Below, piece after piece: positions 24,987 through 32,000 of a DNA stretch of 32,000 nucleotides; the stretch's first letter is position 1, and the number at the start of each line of letters is the position of its first letter. The stretch is from Pseudobutyrivibrio ruminis. Its GTDB lineage: Bacteria; Bacillota; Clostridia; Lachnospirales; Lachnospiraceae. The position numbers and the translations under genes were made by a program. The notes under the pieces were generated by a model, which saw only the letters and a program-made list of their open reading frames with translations, was not told the origin of the DNA and searched no databases. Where the stretch lies: positions 27,361-59,360 of the forward strand of contig SVES01000008.1 of NCBI GenBank assembly GCA_015057305.1. The letters are read 5' to 3'.

Positions 24987-25670
24987 ATGTCCGATATTAG
25001 TATAAATGCCAATATTACACCTATAAATGTAACGGATAATACTGCCCCTTCTCATCCCACCACAGCTCCCAAAACTAAAGATACTGACACTAAGGCAGCT
25101 TCTGAAGATGTTGTCTCAGAAGAATATGGTCCAGTAGTATCTGTATCTGATGACGGTGACACTGTTAGGGTTAAAAACGAAAAAAATCAAGAAGGTGTTC
25201 ATGACATTCTTCAGGATGAGCTAGATAATCTCAAGGAACAGGAATCCTTCGAAATGCCTGATTTTAATTTGCACACAGCCACTACAGCAGATAGCCAGGC
25301 AGTTGCAAGTGAGGCTGATGTTTATGAGGCAGCTGATTCCTATGAATATGAGGAAGCTGAGGAACAAACAGCTTCTACTGATATTACTTCTTACATAGGA
25401 TACACAGACCAGGAGCTTAAGCAAATGTACCTTGAGGGGGACATTTCCCAAATAGACTATAATCTTGAAATGGAGGCCAGAGAAGCCCGCAGAGAAGCTG
25501 AAGCCACCGAAGCAGATACTTTCAATAAATCTGTTACCGATAGCATCTCGAAAATAAGTGACATTGACCGAACCGCAAATACTGTTAACGTCTTAGAAAA
25601 TGGAGAAACTTCCAACACCATTCCCGATGAACTACGTATTCAGGCACTGCAAAATTTCGACACCGTATAG
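24987..25670 (+). CDS. hypothetical acidic protein (227 aa)
   Basis: Start moved to ATG 24987 with AAGGAGG 6 nt upstream. D/E/T/S-rich with no hydrophobic segment. No family recognised. Confidence 0.7.
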   Translation: MSDISINANITPINVTDNTAPSHPTTAPKTKDTDTKAASEDVVSEEYGPVVSVSDDGDTVRVKNEKNQEGVHDILQDELDNLKEQESFEMPDFNLHTATTADSQAVASEADVYEAADSYEYEEAEEQTASTDITSYIGYTDQELKQMYLEGDISQIDYNLEMEAREARREAEATEADTFNKSVTDSISKISDIDRTANTVNVLENGETSNTIPDELRIQALQNFDTV

Positions 25671-25682
25671 GCCTTAAAACAA

Positions 25683-25779
25683 AAAGGTTCCTTGTTACAT
25701 CAACAAGCATATATATTCTACGCTCTGCATGGAAAGCGCCGCTTTAGAATATATATAGCTTGTTAATTACAAGGAACCT
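25683..25779. repeat. hairpin-repeat family copy D (between convergent genes)
   Basis: Arms 25683..25718 and 25745..25779 are almost identical to copy C. 26-nt loop. A T-run follows only on the minus strand (TTTTGTTTT), so it can terminate the lipoprotein gene. Confidence 0.8.
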
Positions 25780-25813
25780 TAAAATATTACCTCAACGCCT
25801 ACGACGTTAGATT

Positions 25814-26440
25814 TTACTGTAACTTAAACTCTAGAGTCATATCTTCGTCTTCGTATTCAGTTACAACTGTGATAGAACCGTCTTCATTGATTGTTCCCTT
25901 ATCAAGACCAATTCCTTCCTCATCACTGGTAACAAATACAACTGAATCACCAGCAACCTTATAAGTACCTGAAATTGTGTACTGTTCCATTTCCTCATCA
26001 AGCTCTTCGTATGCTCCATCCATTGCAGTAACTAATTCTTCCTTCATTGCTTCAAAGAAAGCATCTGCATTGTCATATCCACTAGCCTGAGCTATTTCAT
26101 CTGTAAGATCAGCTCTTGTCATACCAGATGCCTCAAGAGAAGAATCAATAATAGTATCAACGTTTTCAGAAACAAGGCTTGAGAAATCATCCTTGAAAGT
26201 TGTTGTATCAAATGCAAATGTAAAGTTCTTGTCATCTGTAAGATTTAATGTAACATCAAGTGTAATATCGCTGATATCAAGGCCCATTTCAGCCATATCT
26301 TCAACGTCTGACTCCTCCATGAAATCAACAAGTGTAACTGTGGCAACGTAATCACCTGTTACGTCCTTCTCCCCACAACCTGTAAAAAGTGTTGCAACAG
26401 TTGTAAGTGTTGCTAGCATTAACGCTAATTTCTTTTTCAT
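25814..26440 (-). CDS. acidic lipoprotein
   Basis: 208-aa ORF with signal peptide and lipobox MKKKLALMLATLTTVATLFTGC. AAGGAGAG RBS. Confidence 0.85.
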   Translation of the reverse strand: MKKKLALMLATLTTVATLFTGCGEKDVTGDYVATVTLVDFMEESDVEDMAEMGLDISDITLDVTLNLTDDKNFTFAFDTTTFKDDFSSLVSENVDTIIDSSLEASGMTRADLTDEIAQASGYDNADAFFEAMKEELVTAMDGAYEELDEEMEQYTISGTYKVAGDSVVFVTSDEEGIGLDKGTINEDGSITVVTEYEDEDMTLEFKLQ

Positions 26441-26588
26441 ATTTCTCTCCTTTTCTACCTACTTTCTCTAGGCGTTAAAAAATTTGCATCCTGCACGGAT
26501 GGTTATAAACATATCACTTTTTTATTTTTATGTAAAGAATTTTAACCATTTTTTATTCCACAAATTTTAATTTTTTCCATAATTGCAC

Positions 26589-26650
26589 TTTGTATTTTTT
26601 TGTATTTAGATAAATACATCATATTTTGTTTTTATTCAAATACATTGTTA
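26589..26650 (+). promoter_or_regulatory. TGTATTT/AAATACA motif cluster upstream of pflB (candidate operator)
   Basis: TTTGTATTT at 26589-97 and 26599-607. Perfect palindrome TGTATTTA-GA-TAAATACA at 26601..26618. A further AAATACAT at 26638-45 abuts TTGTTA. Confidence 0.4.
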
Positions 26651-26667
26651 ATTTTTTATCATTCCTA

Positions 26668-26676
26668 TGCTATAGT
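26668..26676 (+). promoter_or_regulatory. extended -10 element for pflB
   Basis: TGcTATAGT about 105 nt upstream of the pflB ATG. The nearest TTGTTA lies 20 nt away, so the -35 assignment is unclear. Confidence 0.4.
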
Positions 26677-26780
26677 AAAAGCGAGCTAGGGTGTTAGCCG
26701 TATCTAACTGTCCAGGATTTGGCTTTCACAACCCCACTAGCAATGACCAAATTAACATTTATTTAAGAAAGGGAAAATCA

Positions 26781-29039
26781 ATGGCAAATCACGATTTCGC
26801 ACAGTGGAACGGTTTCGTAGGACGCGTTTGGAAAGACAACGTTGACGTACGTGACTTCATTCAGAACAACTACACTCCATATGATGGAGACGAGTCATTT
26901 TTAGCAGGTCCTACAGATGCTACTAACATTCTTTGGGGCAAGCTTCAGGAGCTTCAGGCAGCTGAGCGTGCTAAGGGTGGCGTATTAGATATGGAGACAG
27001 AGATTGTATCTTCACTTACTTCTTACGGCCCTGGCTACATTTCAGACGAGACAAAGGATCTTGAGCAGATCGTTGGTCTTCAGACAGACAAGCCACTTAA
27101 GAGAGCATTCATGCCTTACGGTGGTATCAAGATGGCTGAGCAGTCTTGCAAGATGTACGGCTATGAGCCAAGCGAGAAGCTTCACGAAATCTTTACAAAA
27201 TATCATAAGACACATAACCAGGGTGTATTCGATATCTACACTCCTGAAATTTTAAAGGCACGTCACAACAAGATCTTAACAGGTCTTCCTGATACATACG
27301 GTCGTGGACGTATCGTCGGCGATTACAGAAGAGTTGCTCTTTACGGTATTGATTACCTTATCGAGAAGAAGCAGATCGACTTCGCTAACACAAACCGTCA
27401 GGGTATGAGACGTTACGACTTCCAGCTTCGCGAGGAAATCACAGACCAGATCAATGCTCTTAAGGGCATGAAGGAAATGGCTGCTTCTTATGGCTTCGAT
27501 ATTTCTAAGCCAGCTGCTAACGCTAAGGAAGCTGCTCAGTGGTTATACTTCGGTTACCTTGCAGCTATCAAGACTCAGAACGGTGCTGCTATGTCAGTTG
27601 GTCGTGTATCTACATTCCTTGATATCTACATGACACGTGACCTTGCTAACGGCGTTATCACAGAGTCTGAGGCACAGGAAATCATCGATCACTTCACAAT
27701 GAAGTGCCGTATGGTTAAGTTTGCTCGTATCGAGTCTTACAACCAGTTATTCTCAGGTGATCCAGTTTGGGCTACACTTGAGGTTGGTGGTATCGGTCTT
27801 GACGGACGTCACCAGGTTACAAAGACTTGCTACAGATTCCTTCACACACTTGAGAACATGGGACCTTCACCAGAGCCAAACCTTACAGTTATGTACTCTA
27901 GCCGCTTGCCTTTAAACTTCAAGAAGTACGCTGCTAAGATTTCTGTTACTACATCTTCAATCCAGTACGAGAATGATGATGTAATGCGTGTAACATGGGG
28001 CGATGATTACTCAATCTGCTGCTGTGTATCTGCTACAGAAACAGGTAAGGAGCTTCAGTTCTTCGGTGCTCGTGCAAACCTTGCTAAGTGTCTTCTTTAC
28101 GCTATCAACGGTGGTGTTGATGAGAAGACTCATGATCAGGTTGGTCCTGAGTACACACCAGTTACATCTGAGTACCTTGACTACGATGAGGTTATGCACA
28201 AGTTCGATCAGATGATGGATTGGTTAGCTCACATGTATGTTGGAGCACTTAACATGATTCACTACATGCACGACAAGTATTACTATGAGGTTTGCCAGAT
28301 GGCACTTATCGATACACACGTACGTCGTTCATTTGCTACAGGTATCGCTGGATTCTCACACTGTGTAGATTCACTTTCAGCTATCAAGTACGCAAAGGTT
28401 AAGGCTATCCGTGATGAGGACGGAATCACAAAGGATTTCGAAATCGAAGGTGACTTCCCACGTTACGGTAACGATGATGACAGAGCTGATGAGATCGCTG
28501 TATGGCTTCTCCGCACATTCATGAGTAAGCTTCGTCACATCCACACATACAGAGATTCAGAGCCTACAACATCTATCCTTACAATTACTTCAAACGTAGT
28601 TTATGGTAAGGCTACAGGTGCTCTTCCAGACGGAAGACCAGCAGGCGAGCCACTTTCACCAGGTGCTAACCCAGCATACGGTGCTGAGAAGAACGGTCTT
28701 ATCGCTTCTCTTAACTCTGTTGCTAAGCTTCCTTATGAAGAAGCACTTGATGGTATCTCAAATACACAGACAATCAACCCAGGTGCTCTTGGACATTCTG
28801 AGGAAGAGCGTGTTAACAATCTTGTTAACGTTCTTGACGGATATTTTGATCAGGGTGCTCATCACCTTAACGTTAACGTATTTGGTAAAGAAAAGCTTAT
28901 CGATGCTATGGAGCATCCAGAGAAGCCAGAGTACGCTAACTTCACAATCCGTGTATCAGGTTACGCTGTTAAGTTCATCGACTTAACAAAGGAGCAGCAG
29001 CTTGACGTTATCGCACGTACTTGCCACGAGGCTTTATAA
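26781..29039 (+). CDS. pflB: formate C-acetyltransferase (pyruvate formate-lyase)
   Basis: Start at ATG 26781 ([12 protein letters not shown]...). The track's GTG at 26691 adds an implausible extension. Glycyl-radical motif RVSGYAVKF. Strongly biased, high-expression codon usage. Confidence 0.98.
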   Translation: MANHDFAQWNGFVGRVWKDNVDVRDFIQNNYTPYDGDESFLAGPTDATNILWGKLQELQAAERAKGGVLDMETEIVSSLTSYGPGYISDETKDLEQIVGLQTDKPLKRAFMPYGGIKMAEQSCKMYGYEPSEKLHEIFTKYHKTHNQGVFDIYTPEILKARHNKILTGLPDTYGRGRIVGDYRRVALYGIDYLIEKKQIDFANTNRQGMRRYDFQLREEITDQINALKGMKEMAASYGFDISKPAANAKEAAQWLYFGYLAAIKTQNGAAMSVGRVSTFLDIYMTRDLANGVITESEAQEIIDHFTMKCRMVKFARIESYNQLFSGDPVWATLEVGGIGLDGRHQVTKTCYRFLHTLENMGPSPEPNLTVMYSSRLPLNFKKYAAKISVTTSSIQYENDDVMRVTWGDDYSICCCVSATETGKELQFFGARANLAKCLLYAINGGVDEKTHDQVGPEYTPVTSEYLDYDEVMHKFDQMMDWLAHMYVGALNMIHYMHDKYYYEVCQMALIDTHVRRSFATGIAGFSHCVDSLSAIKYAKVKAIRDEDGITKDFEIEGDFPRYGNDDDRADEIAVWLLRTFMSKLRHIHTYRDSEPTTSILTITSNVVYGKATGALPDGRPAGEPLSPGANPAYGAEKNGLIASLNSVAKLPYEEALDGISNTQTINPGALGHSEEERVNNLVNVLDGYFDQGAHHLNVNVFGKEKLIDAMEHPEKPEYANFTIRVSGYAVKFIDLTKEQQLDVIARTCHEAL

Positions 29040-29054
29040 TTTAAAGATTTTCAT

Positions 29055-29085
29055 GCGGCCGGCCATTAGGCCGACCGCTTTTTTT
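29055..29085 (+). terminator. intercistronic terminator/attenuator between pflB and pflA
   Basis: GCGGCCGGCC-ATTA-GGCCGACCGC followed by T7. Confidence 0.8.
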
Positions 29086-29102
29086 ATAAGTGAGGTTACA
29101 AT

Positions 29103-29837
29103 ATGAGTGATGTAATTGGATACGTAAATAAATTTGAGAGCTTCGGTGCCGTAGATGGCCCTGGAATTAGATTTTTGATTTTCTTAAATGGATGTAAGAT
29201 GCGCTGTGCATTCTGCCACAATCCTGAGACATGGGCTGAGCACCAGGGTGAGCAGTATACTGCAGACCAGGTTCTTGAGAAGGCTATGCGCTTCAAGCCT
29301 TATTGGAAAAAGGATGGAGGCATCACAGTTAGCGGTGGCGAGCCACTTCTTCAAATTGATTTTGTATTAGATTTATTTAAGAAAGCCAAAGCTAAGGGTA
29401 TCACCACTTGTATTGATACCGCAGGTCAGCCTTTCACTCATGAAGAGCCATTCTATAGCAAATGGAAGGAGCTTATGAGTGTAACAGACACTGTAATGCT
29501 TGATATCAAAAACATTGACCCTGAAGAACATAAAAAGCTTACAGGTGTAGATAATGCTAATATTTTGGAAATGGCAAAAGAAATTTCTGATATGGGTATT
29601 CGCATCTGGATTCGCCATGTGCTTGTTCCTGGCGGCAGTGACAACGATGAACTTTTGCACCGCACTAAAGAATTCATTGATACACTTGATTCTGTAGAAC
29701 GAGTAGAGGTTCTTCCTTACCACTCTCTTGGTGTTCCAAAGTATGCTGAGCTTGGCATACCATATCGCCTAGAAGGTGTAGAATCTCCTAGCGCCGAAAG
29801 AATACAAAATGCTAAAGAAATACTTGGAGCGAAATAA
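29103..29837 (+). CDS. pflA: pyruvate formate-lyase activating enzyme (radical SAM)
   Basis: 244-aa ORF with the CKMRCAFCHNP cluster motif, located directly downstream of pflB. Confidence 0.97.
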   Translation: MSDVIGYVNKFESFGAVDGPGIRFLIFLNGCKMRCAFCHNPETWAEHQGEQYTADQVLEKAMRFKPYWKKDGGITVSGGEPLLQIDFVLDLFKKAKAKGITTCIDTAGQPFTHEEPFYSKWKELMSVTDTVMLDIKNIDPEEHKKLTGVDNANILEMAKEISDMGIRIWIRHVLVPGGSDNDELLHRTKEFIDTLDSVERVEVLPYHSLGVPKYAELGIPYRLEGVESPSAERIQNAKEILGAK

Positions 29838-29851
29838 TTCGCTCCTTTTTT
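29826..29851 (+). terminator. terminator after pflA
   Basis: GGAGCGAA-ATAA-TTCGCTCC followed by T6. The hairpin overlaps the pflA stop codon. Confidence 0.8.
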
Positions 29852-29869
29852 AATTGCAATATATGCCCA

Positions 29870-30121
29870 TTAATTACCAGCTTTTTTGCTTTTAATTTCT
29901 TGCAGTTCAAATCTATATTTTTGAGTCACCTCTGGATATTTGTCATGATCTACTTCAGATAGAAACATCTCCTTTGATCTAACCCAAAGTGCTCCATCCC
30001 CATAAAGCTTTCTATATACTACCATCTCTTGTTGAGTCTCAGAGTCGAAAGCTATATCTTCCACTAAATAATAATCCCCTTTGAAATGTTTATATACTCG
30101 ATGTAAAAGTAATTCTTGCAT
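29870..30121 (-). CDS. DUF1653 family protein
   Basis: 83-aa ORF. YKHFKGDYY...SETQQEMVVYRKLYGDGALWVRSKEMF matches the DUF1653 pattern. Confidence 0.8.
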   Translation of the reverse strand: MQELLLHRVYKHFKGDYYLVEDIAFDSETQQEMVVYRKLYGDGALWVRSKEMFLSEVDHDKYPEVTQKYRFELQEIKSKKAGN

Positions 30122-30229
30122 AAAATATCCCTTCTTTTATATATTTTTCTTGCCATGTTGAGGCTTCAATGTAATTAGTTTAACAGGTCAAGGATTTTTT
30201 GAACAGGGAATAAAATAATAAAATACTAG

Positions 30230-30640
30230 GTACACGCATATATTGCTTTTCCTTCTCTGTACATGCTCTTTCTGCGCATGTTTTGCACGCACTGAGCGCA
30301 TTCTCCAGTTATTACATGCATTACCTGTCCATGCCTTGCACGCACTGAGCGCACTCTCTAGTTATTACATGCATTACCTGCCCATGCCTTGCACGCACTG
30401 AGCGCACTCTCTAGTTATTACATGCATTACCTGCCCATGCCTTGCACGCACTGAGCGCACTCTCTAGTTATTACATGCATTACCTGCCCATGCCTTGCAC
30501 GCACTGAGCTCATTCTCTAGTTATTACATGCATTACCTGCCCATGCCTTGCACGCACTGGGTGCATTCTCTAGTTATTACATGCATTACCTGCCCATGCC
30601 TTGCACGCACTAAAGGCTTTATCCCTCCTGTGCATGCTTT
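30230..30640. repeat. 53-bp tandem repeat array: six tight copies (30283..30600) plus degenerate flanking copies
   Basis: Unit TTGCACGCACTGAGCGCACTCTCTAGTTATTACATGCATTACCTGCCCATGCC starts at 30283, 30336, 30389, 30442, 30495 and 30548. Units 2-4 are identical. Copy 30230..30282 matches 30/53 positions in register. A truncated copy begins at 30601. Confidence 0.95.
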
Positions 30641-30692
30641 TCCCCAAAATTGTGAAATGTATTTGCAGATAAAAAAACGCAGATATAAAAAA

Positions 30693-30735
30693 AGGATGTA
30701 ATCAATGCTATTAACATGATTACATCCTTTTAAAA
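30693..30735 (-). terminator. strong terminator, mainly minus-strand
   Basis: 12-bp stem AGGATGTAATCA/TGATTACATCCT at 30693..30728. The minus strand has T7 after the stem (complement of the A-run ending at 30692); the plus strand has T4. Confidence 0.7.
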
Positions 30736-30848
30736 TTTACAATACTACCTATGGAAATTCTAAAGCTAATTATAGATGTGTCATAGAATCCATATATTTT
30801 TCTATGAGTTTCTTAAGTAAAAAGCCACCAAGCACTGGGCTTTACCAA

Positions 30849-30876
30849 GTAATATATCCTTTTCAGGATATATTAC
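30849..30876. other. perfect 11-bp hairpin in the 3' region of the surface-protein gene
   Basis: GTAATATATCC-TTTTCA-GGATATATTAC. The T-run is not adjacent on either strand, so its role as a terminator is unclear. Confidence 0.4.
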
Positions 30877-30941
30877 CCGACTTCTTTTTTTAGATTTTCT
30901 GATGAAAATCAAAAAACATATAATTCTACTTCTTCTAATAA

Positions 30942-32000
30942 TTATTCACCATCATCTGTAATCTCATAGTCTGCAACAACTGCGAAACCATCACTTTCAT
31001 TATAAGCCCCAACTGAAAAATCTATACTACCATCTGTATTCTCAGAAATTGAAGTTGTAACATTATATTCAGTAGTTGCAGTTCCATTAGAATCATAAAT
31101 CAAGAAAATACTTGGATATTCTGGATCCGCCACCTCTGTTCCACTAGTTTCTTTGTTTGTTTCTGTAACACTGCTGATAGGACCAGCAAACGGCGTAAAC
31201 TCGATTCCATTTGAAGTAGGTGTCAAATATATTTGTGCATCCGCAACAATATCCGAAGGCTGGATATCATTAGGCGCAATATATCCTCCCGTAGATGTTA
31301 CAGCCGTAGCACTATATGTCATATTACCTTCAGCGTCTGTTCCCCCAGTATGTACTCCGTACCCTACTGATGTACCCTTTATTACATATAAATTAAAACC
31401 TACTCCAAATTCTCCACTTCCAGCCTCTATCTTCCCTGCATAAGTCATCCCTTTAGCCTCTGCAAGAACTGCACTATTTCCACTTGAACTACTTCCACTT
31501 GAGCTACTTCCGCTATCTGGTGCTATTACAACAGATGTATCTCCATATGTAATCGCAACAGGTTGTGCTGATTCAGCGGCCTGTACAACTGCCCGCTCAA
31601 CAGCATATTCTACTGCAGCAATATCATTTGTCCCCATAAGTGTAGCTACTTTATATACAGCAGGAGTAATAACAATTTCAGGCGCAACAATTGAAGTAAC
31701 AGTGATTCCATTTTCAGCGCAGGCCGCAAGTGTTGTAATATTTCTATTTTCAGCAACACCAACTGTCAGGTAATGCTCGTAATACTTTAAGATATCATTT
31801 CCAAATAATGATAAATCTTCATATGCACTAGCATATGCTGAAGGGTCAAAGTTTGCATTACAGGTTCTTCCCTCAAATATTCCAAGTGTACAAAAATGAT
31901 TGAACAATGCTTCTATATCATCTCCATATAATTCAGCCAAATCCGGATTCTGTGCAAGATAGTATTCTGCATCGAACAACTGCATAAGTAATGCTTTATC
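30942..32000 (-). CDS. secreted/surface-like repeat protein (5' end probably outside the window)
   Basis: The frame stays open upstream of the track ATG (31985) to the window edge, and that ATG has no RBS. Two ~37-aa FDxxxY...NPDL/EDL...G repeats, an SGSSSSGSSSSGNS linker and a T/S/G-rich C-terminal region. Confidence 0.75.
   Translation of the reverse strand, partial: DKALLMQLFDAEYYLAQNPDLAELYGDDIEALFNHFCTLGIFEGRTCNANFDPSAYASAYEDLSLFGNDILKYYEHYLTVGVAENRNITTLAACAENGITVTSIVAPEIVITPAVYKVATLMGTNDIAAVEYAVERAVVQAAESAQPVAITYGDTSVVIAPDSGSSSSGSSSSGNSAVLAEAKGMTYAGKIEAGSGEFGVGFNLYVIKGTSVGYGVHTGGTDAEGNMTYSATAVTSTGGYIAPNDIQPSDIVADAQIYLTPTSNGIEFTPFAGPISSVTETNKETSGTEVADPEYPSIFLIYDSNGTATTEYNVTTSISENTDGSIDFSVGAYNESDGFAVVADYEITDDGE

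Noticed and set aside
26691-26780. GTG-initiated 30-aa extension of pflB
   Set aside because: PflB homologs start near MANHDF/..W.GF. ATG 26781 has an upstream purine-rich RBS, and the extension lies in the leader.
30230-30640. CRISPR array interpretation of the repeats
   Set aside because: The entire 53-bp period is repeated with no unique spacers. There is no leader/repeat/spacer organisation and no cas genes in the window.
30495-30701. 68-aa plus-strand ORF inside the tandem array
   Set aside because: It arises only because two units carry substitutions. The 53-bp unit is not a multiple of 3, other units carry in-frame stops, and there is no RBS.

Overview
This looks like a chromosomal segment from a low-GC Firmicute. 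Gene content suggests Clostridia or a Lachnospiraceae-like organism, but that is inference and no search was run. Most genes lie on the minus strand and have strong GGAGG-type ribosome binding sites.

Confident housekeeping calls are glgP, a long-form ileS, a crotonase, LL-DAP aminotransferase, a His6-type HisA-like isomerase, an M18 aminopeptidase, a flavin reductase and pflB-pflA. Accessory or poorly characterised genes are:
- a 3'-truncated EF-hand-like protein at the window start
- a CPBP protease
- a DUF4190-like membrane protein
- a GNAT-like gene paired with a 467-aa charged protein
- a tightly coupled esterase / HxxxD-acyltransferase / zinc-ribbon membrane protein / EAL-GGDEF cluster
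- a YjfB-like small protein
- an AraR-type regulator
- a DEDDh exonuclease followed by an unannotated 52-aa ORF
- an acidic orphan protein
- an acidic lipoprotein
- DUF1653
- a 5'-truncated surface-like protein

I found no tRNA or rRNA genes, CRISPR array, transposase, integrase, reverse transcriptase or recognisable defence genes.

The most unusual signals are non-coding:
1. A family of at least four intergenic long hairpins shares a CAAGC...GCTTG clamp, a conserved loop of about 25 nt and AT-rich stems that covary between copies. One locus also carries a 14-nt fragment identical to another copy's arm.
2. A GC-rich, rod-like imperfect hairpin of about 209 nt lies between ileS and glgP.
3. A 53-bp tandem array (six tight copies plus degenerate flanking copies) sits in an 820-bp ORF-free gap.
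4. The esterase operon has a structured leader with a duplicated SD-like 12-mer and anti-SD segments.

Functional interpretations of these four are hypotheses. They need genome-wide copy counts, Rfam/Infernal scans and transcript data.
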